DNA of 36,835 bases from Bacillota bacterium (GCA_023391725.1 JAEWAH010000052.1:1-36835), one strand, 5' to 3'; numbered from the stretch's first letter, positions 25,123 to 33,931 are shown. Numbers and translations are program-made. The notes: generated from the letters alone by a model not told the origin.

Positions 25123-26351
25123 TCATCCATCGGCCAGGGCCATTCGGTAGCGGATCTCCCACACGCTCTGCCCGCTGATCTCAATGGTCCGCCGTGCGCC
25201 GTCCCGGTGAAAGCCGAAACGCTCGTAGGCGCGCTGGGCGCGGGTGTTCTCCTCCAGCGTCCATAGGCGGCAATCGGTGAATCCCAGCTTTTTAAGCTCC
25301 CTGGTGACAAAGCGCATCAGATGCTTTCCATGCCCCTGGCTCCAATGCTCAGGCAGCACATAGATGGAAACAATCTCGCCGCAGGTTTCCGGAAGGTCAT
25401 CGTCCCTGTTCTTCATGAAGCTGGACACGCCGATGACCCGATGGTCTTTCACAAGCACCGCGAAATAGTTGCCTTCCATCTGGGAATAGCGGGTGCGGTA
25501 GCGTTCCTCCCAGCTTGCGCAATTCAGGCTATCCAGGTATTCCTGAGGGATCATGCCCGGATAGGCCGCCTTCCAGGTATCCACATACACCCGAGCCATG
25601 CCAGGGATATCTTCAGGCTGAACATACCGAACTTCTACCCCGTCCAGCAGATCCGTAAGGGGCCGTTCTTCCGGATTATCCAGCAGGGTCTTCTCCAGCC
25701 CTGCGGGGGTATTGCGCAATAGATACGCATGCGCGGTTTCATTGCTTTTAATGACCCGGTATGTCCCATCCTTAAAAACGATGGCACAATTGTTTTCAAC
25801 AGCAAGACCTGGTTTCGCCTTTGATTTCATGAAATCGTCGAACTCGCCGCGCTCATTATAATGGGGGCATGCAATGGCGCGTAGCACCCCCAGGCCATTC
25901 ACCACGCAATAGTTTCCGGTTTCCTCTTTCTCGCTGTCGCTAAAGGCTTCAGAAAACCAGCAGATGGAGCCCGCGCTGAGCCCCGAAGGATCGTGCCCTT
26001 TTCATAGGCTTCCCGTAAGAACACATCAACGTGTTTTTCCTGCCAGACTTCCATCATCTTCTTGGTGTTCCCGCCACCCACATAAATGATGTCCGCGGAA
26101 AGGATTTTCCGCCGCATCTCTTCCTGGGTCGCATCGCCCGAAAGCAAAAGCAGCGTTTCCGTTTGGCAGCCAAGCTTTTCCCCGTAGACCTCATGGAAGG
26201 TATCCATATACCCTTGCGGCTCGCCGCTGGCCGTGGGCAGGAACAGCGCCAGGGGCTTTTCCTTATGGGCAAGCGATACGATCTGACGGTCGATGGCCAA
26301 GGTCTCCTCTAATCTGATTTCTCCCCCGCCGATGGCTACGATCGTTCCCAC
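25123..26351 (-). pseudogene. peptidase S51 (peptidase E-like) fused to a GNAT N-acetyltransferase, interrupted by a 1-nt frameshift
   Basis: GTG 26351 (VGTIVAIGGGEI...) has GAAGGAGGAA 7 nt upstream. The S51 N-terminal half lies in ORF 25899..26417. The catalytic GLSAGSICW motif, the S51 C-terminal half and a GNAT domain (GEIVSIYVLPEHWSQGHG...) continue in the frame of ORF 25123..25905. The frames switch at or near the C4 run at 25981-25984. Confidence 0.75.
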
Positions 26352-26390
26352 GCGCGTTCCTCCTTCCCCAATTTCCTGCTTTGCGAAGTT

Positions 26391-26420
26391 ATAAAAAAAC
26401 ATCCCATGCCTGCGCATGGG
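26391..26420 (-). terminator. rho-independent terminator about 310 nt downstream of the ftsK stop
   Basis: The minus strand reads cccatgc-gcag-gcatggg followed by aTGTTTTTTTat. Confidence 0.7.
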
Positions 26421-26729
26421 ACGAATTCACATCTTCGTGGTGCCACCCCGCTTGAAAAGGTTTCCCTTTTCCACTCAAATCCCGATATCGCGGGATACGC
26501 GCCTGCTCTCGCAGGAGGCTCCGGGGTGTCTTTCCCCCATTCCCTTGGCAAAGGGGCTTTCAGCCATGACCCCTCTCTCTTGGTGCCGGAAACGGGCTAC
26601 TCTCCCCATCCAAGCCGAGTATGGGGGAATTATACAATGGGGAGGAAGGGATGTCAAGGGGAGATGATTATGAAATACGCGAACCTCCTTTTGAAAAAGG
26701 AGATTCCCCCGCACCCTCTCCAGACTTCA

Positions 26730-29381
26730 TTACTCCTCAAAATCCATCTGGTCAAACTCTTCCCGAGATATCAGCACCTTGCGGGGCTTAGCCCCGGCGG
26801 CCTGGCTGATGATGCCACGCTTGGTCATCTCGTCAATCAAGCGCCCGGCGCGGGCATAGCCGATGCGCATTTTGCGCTGGAGCATGGAGATGGAGGTCTG
26901 CCCTTCCTGCACGGCCATTTCGATGGCCTGGGACAAAAGCTCGTCCAGCCCCTCGTCTTCGCCCGTGGGGTCGGCGGCATCAGGGGCCATGGCGGAGGAA
27001 GAGGTAGTCTGATCCAGCAATTCCTGGATGTTGGGATCATATTCCGGCGCGGAATGGGAACGGATGAAATCGGTGACGCGGTTGACCTCATCATCCGATA
27101 CAAAGGAACCCTGTACGCGCATGGGGGCCAGGGCCCCGGCGGGCGCGTAAAGCATATCCCCCTTGCCCAGCAGCTTCTCAGCCCCGGCCCGCTCCATGAT
27201 GGTGCGGGCATCGATGCTTGAAGCAACGGCAAAGGCAATACGGGAGGGCAGGTTGTTTTTGATAAGGCCGGTGATCACGTCCACCGAGGGGCGCTGGGTC
27301 GCCACCACCAGGTGGATTCCCGCGGCACGGGCCAATTGGGCGATGCGGCAGATGGATTCTTCCACCTCGCGCTTGCTGGCCATCATCAGGTCGGCCAATT
27401 CGTCGATGATGACGACGATCCGGGGCATGGCCTCCTCGCCCTCCTGGAGGGCGGCGTTGTAGCCGGTGATGCCGCGTACATTGCGCTCCTTGAACTTCTG
27501 GTAGCGCTCCATCATTTCGGTCACGGCCCAGGTGAGCGCGCCAGAAGCCTTGTGGGGATCGCTTACCACAGGCGTCAACAGGTGGGGGATGCCGTTGTAG
27601 CATTGCAGCTCTACCACTTTGGGGTCGATGAGCAGCAGACGCACCTGTTTGGGCGAAGTACGGAAAAGCAGACTGCAGATGATGCTGTTGATACAAACCG
27701 ATTTGCCGCTGCCGGTGGCCCCGGCAATCAAAAGATGCGGCATTTTCGAAAGATCGCAGATGATGGGTGATCCGGCAATATCCTTGCCCAGGGCGACAGA
27801 GAGCGGCGCATCATCCGCGCGGCCCATCTCCTGGCTTTCCAGCACTTCCCGGAGCGTCACAGGGGTGATCTCCCGGTTGGGCACTTCCACGCCTACCAGC
27901 GCCTTGTTGGGGATGGGCGCCTCGATGCGCACGCCGCCGGCGGCCAGGTTCATGGCGATGGTATCAGTAAGGCTGGTAATGCGCTTGACATTGATGCCGG
28001 AGGCCAGTTCCAGCTCGAACCTGGTCACGGTGGGGCCGTGAGTGACCTGCCTTACTTGCGCGCTGATGCCAAAGCTCATCAGCGTTTCTTCCAGGATGGC
28101 GGCGCGCTGCTCATCCTCCTGGCGGGTATCCACTTGGGCGCGCTTGGGGGATTTGAGCATCTCCAGCGTGGGATAGGCATACGGCGGGGGAAGCTTCATT
28201 TGCAGCTGCTGCGTCTTTTTCGTCTTCTGGGGCGGGAGATCAAGATCAGGCTCGTCCAGCCGCTGGCCGCTCATGCGCGGGGCGGGGGGGATATTGGGCG
28301 ATTTCACCGCCGGGAAGTCCGGCGTAGAAGCGGGTGCGGGCTTGGGGGTTGGGAAGCGAATGGGCTTTAAAATGCTCCGACGGCTGTCAAGCTCCCGGGC
28401 AGTATCAGGATCATCCTCCCAGGGCAGGTCATCCTCCCTGGGCATGGGAATGGGCTCCGGCTTTTTGCGGCCCTGGGCGCGCTTAATAGACCCGGCCACG
28501 TCCATGGCAGCTTCTGCTTCGCCGGGGATGATCGTCTCGTCATACAATTCACCGCCTCCACTGCGCCAGCTGGGCCCGGAGGCGGGAACAGGCGCGGGCG
28601 TCATGGACCTGCGCTGATAGGCAGGGATGGGCGCGGCCTGAGCCTGGGCTTGGGTTGCGGCCTGACGCTGGGCCTGCTCCCGGCGGTAGGCCTCCTCCTG
28701 CACTTGCCGCTCCGCCATCTCCTGGGCGCGGCGATCTCCGCGCTGTTGGGAGCGCTCCTTGAAATTCGCGGTCAGGGCTTTCAGATCCACCCTGGAAAGC
28801 AGGATCAAAAGGCCCAGATCAGATAGGACCAAAATGGTCACGCTCACCGCGGTGCCAAGGAAAGTATATAGCGGCCAGGCGAGGATCGCGCCCAGCATCC
28901 CGCCCGCCTCGATAGTCCGCAATTGCAGCTCATAAACGCGCATCATGTCCGGCAAAAACCCGGTGGAGAGGGGGACCGTGCGCGCATTCACCCGGGAAAC
29001 ATATTCTATGACGCCGTAGTAGGTTTTGTCTGTGGCGTCCCATACAAAGGTCACAAGGGTGATCACGCCCAGCATGAACCAATAAATCAAAAAGGATAGA
29101 ACAAGCGCCCTGGCCGGCATCTTGCGCCGGGAAGAAAAAGCTACCAATATCCCGGCCCAGGTGAGAAAAACGGGGAACAGCAAACAAAGCTCCCCGCCCA
29201 CAGGGCGGGTAAGCTTTTGCATGAGGATGAAGATCTGCCCATCCATGGGCGCGACCACCGAGACCAGGGACAATATCCCCAGCGCAATGAGCAGGACGCC
29301 CGCAAGGGTACGTAAAAGCAAGGCCTCGGGGGAGTAGACCGCCGCCTTCTTCTTTTGTGGGACGCCCTTTTTCTTTTGCAT
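26730..29381 (-). CDS. ftsK: DNA translocase FtsK/SpoIIIE
   Basis: Start moved to ATG 29381 (MQKKKGVPQKKK...) with GGAGG 6 nt upstream. N-terminal TM helices, low-complexity linker, Walker A GATGSGKS, Walker B VVIIDELADL, and a C-terminal gamma winged helix SISMLQRKMRIGYARAGRLIDEM. Confidence 0.95.
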   Translation of the reverse strand: MQKKKGVPQKKKAAVYSPEALLLRTLAGVLLIALGILSLVSVVAPMDGQIFILMQKLTRPVGGELCLLFPVFLTWAGILVAFSSRRKMPARALVLSFLIYWFMLGVITLVTFVWDATDKTYYGVIEYVSRVNARTVPLSTGFLPDMMRVYELQLRTIEAGGMLGAILAWPLYTFLGTAVSVTILVLSDLGLLILLSRVDLKALTANFKERSQQRGDRRAQEMAERQVQEEAYRREQAQRQAATQAQAQAAPIPAYQRRSMTPAPVPASGPSWRSGGGELYDETIIPGEAEAAMDVAGSIKRAQGRKKPEPIPMPREDDLPWEDDPDTARELDSRRSILKPIRFPTPKPAPASTPDFPAVKSPNIPPAPRMSGQRLDEPDLDLPPQKTKKTQQLQMKLPPPYAYPTLEMLKSPKRAQVDTRQEDEQRAAILEETLMSFGISAQVRQVTHGPTVTRFELELASGINVKRITSLTDTIAMNLAAGGVRIEAPIPNKALVGVEVPNREITPVTLREVLESQEMGRADDAPLSVALGKDIAGSPIICDLSKMPHLLIAGATGSGKSVCINSIICSLLFRTSPKQVRLLLIDPKVVELQCYNGIPHLLTPVVSDPHKASGALTWAVTEMMERYQKFKERNVRGITGYNAALQEGEEAMPRIVVIIDELADLMMASKREVEESICRIAQLARAAGIHLVVATQRPSVDVITGLIKNNLPSRIAFAVASSIDARTIMERAGAEKLLGKGDMLYAPAGALAPMRVQGSFVSDDEVNRVTDFIRSHSAPEYDPNIQELLDQTTSSSAMAPDAADPTGEDEGLDELLSQAIEMAVQEGQTSISMLQRKMRIGYARAGRLIDEMTKRGIISQAAGAKPRKVLISREEFDQMDFEE

Positions 29382-29408
29382 GTCCTTCCTCCAGCGTCCT
29401 TGGTCCAA

Positions 29409-30572
29409 TTATTTGATCAATTGCACGCTTACAAGCGTGCCCGTTTCATCCGCGTGAAGCAGCAGCCGGTTATCCCCGAAGCGATAATAATCGCCGGTCC
29501 CGGCGGGCAGGCGGTAGTCCTCCGCCGTGTATTCGTCAAGCTCCGTGGTGCTTTCAGGCGTTCCCAGCACCGCTTGCCAATCTTCCCTGGTGGTCACGCC
29601 CGGCTGCAAGCCGTACAGGTTGACCCTGTCGGCCCTAATGCCCTGCACCTGGCTTGCGTCATAACTTTCGGTGAGCGCGTCGGACAGCAGCCACACGCCG
29701 CGGAATTCAGGTGCTTCCAGCTCAAAGAACCGGCCGCCGGGATAGTAATCCGGCTCCACCAGCAGGCGGTATTGGTCGAAAACATTGGTGAGGTTCTCCC
29801 CGATGCGGGCGTCGATGCCCGGCAGCTGCCCCGCACGGACCGCCTCCCCAATGGGCCCCGCGGAATCAGGTGAAAGTGTTAAGTAGTCCCCCGCGCCAAG
29901 CTTGTTTAGGGGGCTGCCCTCTGAAAGGTTCAGGTAGTCTTTGAGCTCATACCAGAAAAAGCTGCACCCGCCGCTGTATCCCGAAAGCATCGAGAATTGA
30001 TCCTGAGGGTAAAAGAAGGTGACACCCTCGGCGGTCAGGAAGAAATTGTCCCGGGGAATGGGGGTCAATTGATCGTTTTCCGTGTAGCCGGAAAGGCTGG
30101 GCGCGACCTCCTCGTCCAGTTTGCCCTCCATGTACGAAAACGCGCCTTCCACATCGGTAAACAGATCCTCCGCGGCAATGTTCTTGCCGGTTGTAAGATC
30201 AAAATTTACACATGTATAAACTTGGCCCATGCGGCCATTTTCCATTTCGCCCAAAGCGGAAACGAGTACAGAAAGCACGTCGTTTTGAAGCGTGTTCCTA
30301 TAGTCCACCTGAAGGCCCCAGCCGTCGGCCTGAAGGCCTTGGAGCGTCTCCAGGCGGGCGGCAATTGACGCCTTGTCGTAGATGGCCTTGTTCACTGTGT
30401 CCTGTACGGTGGGATAGCCCGAAAGCGTGGGATAGGTCACCCTTCCAAACTCATTTTTCGTTTCTACGGGCGTCAGCTGCGGGGTTTCCTGAGCCTGCGC
30501 CCCGATGGCAAGGCTGCACACAAGGATGGCCGCAGCCAATAAAAGCAGGAACTTCCTGCTCAATTGTTTCAT
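29409..30572 (-). CDS. secreted protein, DUF3298/DUF4163 (RsiV/PdaC-like) type N-terminal half
   Basis: Signal peptide MKQLSRKFLLLLAAAILVCSLAIGAQA and AGAGGAGG RBS. The family assignment is from memory of the domain pattern and is tentative. Confidence 0.6.
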   Translation of the reverse strand: MKQLSRKFLLLLAAAILVCSLAIGAQAQETPQLTPVETKNEFGRVTYPTLSGYPTVQDTVNKAIYDKASIAARLETLQGLQADGWGLQVDYRNTLQNDVLSVLVSALGEMENGRMGQVYTCVNFDLTTGKNIAAEDLFTDVEGAFSYMEGKLDEEVAPSLSGYTENDQLTPIPRDNFFLTAEGVTFFYPQDQFSMLSGYSGGCSFFWYELKDYLNLSEGSPLNKLGAGDYLTLSPDSAGPIGEAVRAGQLPGIDARIGENLTNVFDQYRLLVEPDYYPGGRFFELEAPEFRGVWLLSDALTESYDASQVQGIRADRVNLYGLQPGVTTREDWQAVLGTPESTTELDEYTAEDYRLPAGTGDYYRFGDNRLLLHADETGTLVSVQLIK

Positions 30573-30598
30573 AGTTACACCTCCTCTTATAGAGTTCT

Positions 30599-30627
30599 AT
30601 TTTACAACATTTGGCCTCCTTTCGCAA
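30599..30627 (-). promoter_or_regulatory. sigma-A type promoter for the secreted protein / ftsK unit
   Basis: The minus strand reads TTGCGA (30627-30622), a 17-nt spacer, then TAAAAT (30604-30599). Confidence 0.55.
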
Positions 30628-30686
30628 GTTTCATGAGCGTTTGATAGGGAGGAAGGTTCTGCCATTCAAGTATAGCCCGTCTCAGT

Positions 30687-30793
30687 AACCACCCCGGCGC
30701 TGCGCGCCGCCCCTCCAGGGGAGGGGAATGGGACGCGACGCCAGAAAACAATTCCCCTCCTGTGGAGGGGTGGCGCGCAGCGCCGGGGTGGTT
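30687..30793. repeat. inverted doublet of family C (C4 30687-30729 and C5 30751-30793), REPIN-like
   Basis: The two 43-nt arms are reverse complements at 40/43 positions and are separated by 21 nt. Each arm also folds by itself (cccctcc-N4-ggagggg plus ggcgc-N3-gcgcc). Confidence 0.9.
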
Positions 30794-30848
30794 GACGGCA
30801 CGGCATCGCCATGATGGAGGAAACTTGCACTACTATATGTATAACTGC

Positions 30849-30890
30849 CCAAAAAGAAAAAGGACGCTCCGCGTCTCGCGAAAGAGCGCC
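30849..30890 (-). terminator. rho-independent terminator of dpaAB
   Basis: The minus strand reads gggcgctc-tttcgcgagacgcg-gagcgtcc followed by TTTTTCTTTTT. Confidence 0.7.
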
Positions 30891-30910
30891 CCCATTTATT
30901 GATACAGAAA

Positions 30911-31495
30911 TTATGCTTCCGCCATTAAAAGCATCGGCTGGATCTGCACCCCCGCCAACGCCGAGGCCACGGTCTGCGGGATCTTGTCAAAGTGCGCCAC
31001 CAAGGACCTGGGCTTATTGTAGGGATCGTCCTGGCCGTATGGCACGAAATAGATGTTCTCCACCGCAAGGAGTGTCCCGATATGGGCGGCGCTTAATGCC
31101 AGGCCGTCGTTGGTGGATACGGCGATGACCACCGGCCGGCCGTTGCGCAGGTGCGACTTGGCGCCCAGAAGCGCCGGGGTATCATACACACCAGCCGCCA
31201 GCTTGCCCAGAGAATTGCCTGTGGCCGGGGCCAATACATACACATCCAACGTCTTCTTGGGGCCGATGGGCTCCACCTCGTGCAGGGTGGTGAGGGGTTT
31301 TTTGCCCGTGATCTCTTCCACCCTTTTATGGATCTCCTCCGGGGTAAAGAAGCGGTTCTCCTCCCGCCCGGCGTTGTAGGACAGGATGGGGGTCACGTCG
31401 TACCCCCGCTTTACCAGTTCCTCCATTTGTTCAAACACCGCTTTGAAGGTGCAGAACGAGCCCGTCAGGGCAAAGCCCACGCGGGTGCTGTTCAC
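30911..31495 (-). CDS. dpaB: dipicolinate synthase subunit B
   Basis: GTG 31495 (VNSTRVGFALTGSFCTF...) has AAGGAG 8 nt upstream, inside the end of dpaA. The protein is collinear with B. subtilis SpoVFB from memory (GFGLTGSHCT..., GQDDP). Confidence 0.9.
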   Translation of the reverse strand: MNSTRVGFALTGSFCTFKAVFEQMEELVKRGYDVTPILSYNAGREENRFFTPEEIHKRVEEITGKKPLTTLHEVEPIGPKKTLDVYVLAPATGNSLGKLAAGVYDTPALLGAKSHLRNGRPVVIAVSTNDGLALSAAHIGTLLAVENIYFVPYGQDDPYNKPRSLVAHFDKIPQTVASALAGVQIQPMLLMAEA

Positions 31496-31496
31496 T

Positions 31497-32324
31497 TTAA
31501 TCACTCCTTGTATGCGAAAGAAAATAATCCAGAAGGATCCGGGCCGCGGTCAAGGGCGCATACCTGCCGGGGATGCCGCCCTCACGCCAGGCGGTAATCC
31601 CGTGATGAGCCGCGGCATTCAAATCGATGCCGAAGGGGGCGCTGGCAAGATCCATGGCGAACGCGTGGGAGGGAAGCGCGGCCATGACCTCTTCTCCCGC
31701 TACGGGCGAGGGGGCGGTATTGAACAGGATATCGGTTTCCCAGACGGCTTTGGGCAGTTCTTCCATGAGGATGGTCCGCGCGCCCAGGGCGGCGACAGCA
31801 GCCAGCTTTTCCGGGTTGCGGCCGGCCACGGTCACATGCGCGCCCAGGCCCAGGAGCATTTTTGCAAGCTCCCTGCCGATGCGCCCCGGGCCGAGAATCA
31901 TACAGTGGCTTCCGCAGATGGTATAGTCAGCCTTTTGCATAGCGGCGTAGATAGCGCCTTCCGCCGAGGGCATGGCATTTTGCTCCTCAAAATCAGGGTC
32001 GGAGCTTGGCAGCAGCAAATGCCATTCCTTCTGCTTTGCGGCCAGTGAAAGCTCTTCATCCAGCTTCCCGGCCATGACGGTAGTCCCCGGTCCGATCAGG
32101 CCCGCCACCCGGGATACGGTGATGGGCGTCCTGGCCCATGGCGCGGGGATGTACCCATCCTGCCCGGCCCGGGGAAAGGGCAGGATCACCACTTGGGCCT
32201 TTACAAGCGCTTCGGGATCGTCCTCGCCCCCCTGGCCCCATGTATCGGTTTCAAACCCCTGCTCCCGAAATAGCCGCGCCAGCAGGCGCAGCCGCTCGTC
32301 GCCGCCCACCACGCATACCCTCAT
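31497..32324 (-). CDS. dpaA: dipicolinate synthase subunit A
   Basis: 275 aa. N-terminus MRVCVVGGDERL and a Rossmann motif ILGPGRIGREL. Immediately upstream of dpaB. Confidence 0.9.
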   Translation of the reverse strand: MRVCVVGGDERLRLLARLFREQGFETDTWGQGGEDDPEALVKAQVVILPFPRAGQDGYIPAPWARTPITVSRVAGLIGPGTTVMAGKLDEELSLAAKQKEWHLLLPSSDPDFEEQNAMPSAEGAIYAAMQKADYTICGSHCMILGPGRIGRELAKMLLGLGAHVTVAGRNPEKLAAVAALGARTILMEELPKAVWETDILFNTAPSPVAGEEVMAALPSHAFAMDLASAPFGIDLNAAAHHGITAWREGGIPGRYAPLTAARILLDYFLSHTRSD

Positions 32325-32354
32325 CCTGTTTTCCTCCCTCCCGCACCGCTGGTG

Positions 32355-32382
32355 TATTCTATGTACGGAAAAGGGCGTATGT
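32355..32382 (-). promoter_or_regulatory. candidate sigma-K type (mother-cell) promoter of dpaAB
   Basis: The minus strand reads cAC, a 17-nt spacer, then CATAgaaTA (32363-32355). This fits the AC-16/17-CATAnnnTA consensus recalled for B. subtilis SigK, which drives spoVF. Confidence 0.45.
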
Positions 32383-32390
32383 GAAAGAGG

Positions 32391-32424
32391 CGGGGAGAGC
32401 CTTTTTGAAAAAAAGCCCTCCCCG
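32391..32424. terminator. palindromic hairpin downstream of the NUDIX gene (terminator-like)
   Basis: cggggagagcc-tttttgaaaaaaa-gccctccccg, related in design to 4881-4920. Confidence 0.5.
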
Positions 32425-32438
32425 AAATCCTTTTTTTA

Positions 32439-32849
32439 CTATTCCTCTAAAATGCCGCTCATCTTCACTTGCTCGATCATATGCCCGATATTCCCCTCGC
32501 CCGCATACAGGGTCATATCATAAAAGTCATGCTCAAAATCGGACCAGTACAACTCGTTTTCCTCCCCCGATACCTGCATATCGCGGTTCAACCTGCCGGC
32601 GTACACTTCCACATAGCAGCCTTGAAAATAGTATGTAAAATCCATCACGTGGTGAAGGGTGATATGCTCTTTGGTAATGCTGGTCTCCTCCCACAGCTCC
32701 CTGTAGGCCGCGTCGATGCCCTGCTCCCCGCTCTCGATCTTTCCGCCCACCAGATTGCTCAAGCCCTTATATGGATCTTTCCGGCGCTTGCACATCAGCA
32801 AACGGCTCGTGTCCTGGCTGTAGACCATGATGATATTATACCCCTGCAT
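32439..32849 (-). CDS. NUDIX hydrolase
   Basis: Start moved to ATG 32849 (MQGYNIIMVYS...) with AAAGGAGGGG upstream. Nudix box GGKIESGEQGIDAAYRELWEETSI. Confidence 0.85.
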   Translation of the reverse strand: MQGYNIIMVYSQDTSRLLMCKRRKDPYKGLSNLVGGKIESGEQGIDAAYRELWEETSITKEHITLHHVMDFTYYFQGCYVEVYAGRLNRDMQVSGEENELYWSDFEHDFYDMTLYAGEGNIGHMIEQVKMSGILEE

Positions 32850-33035
32850 ACTGCCCCTCCTTTGTATACAGACCACCATTCGCCCCAAATCCTAAAACCC
32901 TCGTAAGCAGCTGATATCATGGCATCTCCCAGACCCGAAGCGGCAATTGGAAATATACGGTAGACATTAAAGATGAAATGATATACAGTATGCATAGAAT
33001 TAAATTTGACCGAACAAAAAGAAAGAGGTGATATC

Positions 33036-33854
33036 ATGCAAACAAACTCCACCCTGCGCAAGCGGTCTTTCCATCTGTATTGGAAAAACCGGGAGGTGTT
33101 ATGGCCTGCTTTTCTCTTGTTCGCTTTGACCAGCGTTGTATGGTTCGTGATACAAACCTACCTGATACAAGGTAATCTGTTGAAGGACACGTTGAATTTC
33201 GTGTATCAATTGGCGCTGACTCCCATCACGCTGGGCCTGTATCACATGCTGCTGCACCTTGTGAGGGGTGGCGAGATCAGCCTGCCCATGCTCTTTACTT
33301 TTGTTAGGCGCCCTCAAAGGCTGCGCAAGTTATGTGCAGCCTGCCTGTTTATTCAGCTTCCTGTCCTTATTATAAGCCTTCTGACCCTCTCCTTGGACAT
33401 CGTCGATAGAGAGATTATTCAAACGGACCAGGCGACTGCATTATCCGGCGGGATAGTTGCAGCAGGGTTGGTGATCACCTGGCTATCGCTCCGACTCTTC
33501 TTGTTCCCTTACTTGTTTTTGTCGGATCCTAAAGAGACGATTATTACATTGGTGAAATCGTCCTTTCAAACGATGAAGGGACGGGTGAGGCGCCTGATTT
33601 GGTTTGGCATAACGGTATACTGGTGGTCCATTCTCTTGCTTGCAGCCTTTATGGCGCTATCTTCAGCGCTATTTTCCCCCATGAACCTGCTTAAGGCGGA
33701 AAATGCAGCAACCCCCGAGCGCCTGCTTTATCAGCTGGGTTTATCCTTGGTCATGGCCTTGCTGAATCCGTACTTGTATCTTGCCTTGGCGGGTTTCGCC
33801 AATGAGCAAATGAAATCCGCGCAATCCTTAAAAAAGCAAAGCGAAAAGGCCTGA
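33036..33854 (+). CDS. polytopic membrane protein (possibly DUF975-like)
   Basis: ATG 33036 (MQTNSTLRKRSF...) is preceded by AAGAGGTGA. Several hydrophobic helices. The family call is tentative. Confidence 0.55.
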   Translation: MQTNSTLRKRSFHLYWKNREVLWPAFLLFALTSVVWFVIQTYLIQGNLLKDTLNFVYQLALTPITLGLYHMLLHLVRGGEISLPMLFTFVRRPQRLRKLCAACLFIQLPVLIISLLTLSLDIVDREIIQTDQATALSGGIVAAGLVITWLSLRLFLFPYLFLSDPKETIITLVKSSFQTMKGRVRRLIWFGITVYWWSILLLAAFMALSSALFSPMNLLKAENAATPERLLYQLGLSLVMALLNPYLYLALAGFANEQMKSAQSLKKQSEKA

Positions 33855-33883
33855 AGTCAAAAAACTGATGCCACTATTGCGCG

Positions 33884-33917
33884 AAACGGGCCCCATCAAA
33901 GCGATGGGAGCCCGTTT
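33884..33917. terminator. bidirectional terminator-like hairpin between convergent genes
   Basis: aaacgggccccatc-aaagc-gatgggagcccgttt with one bulge. Short T tracts on both strands. Confidence 0.55.
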
Positions 33918-33931
33918 AAAAGTCTATTTGA

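Noticed and set aside
25899-26417. Treating ORFs 25899..26417 and 25123..25905 as two independent genes
   Set aside because: The first lacks the S51 catalytic half and ends in nonsense-like sequence. The second begins mid-domain with an alternative start and no RBS. Together they form one collinear S51-GNAT protein if one base is restored.
26669-26729. Short plus-strand ORF start (MKYANLLLKKEIPP...) with a GGGGAG RBS-like sequence
   Set aside because: It continues for 180+ codons antisense through the conserved C-terminus of ftsK. The RBS-like sequence belongs to the GGAGG-containing hairpin modules.
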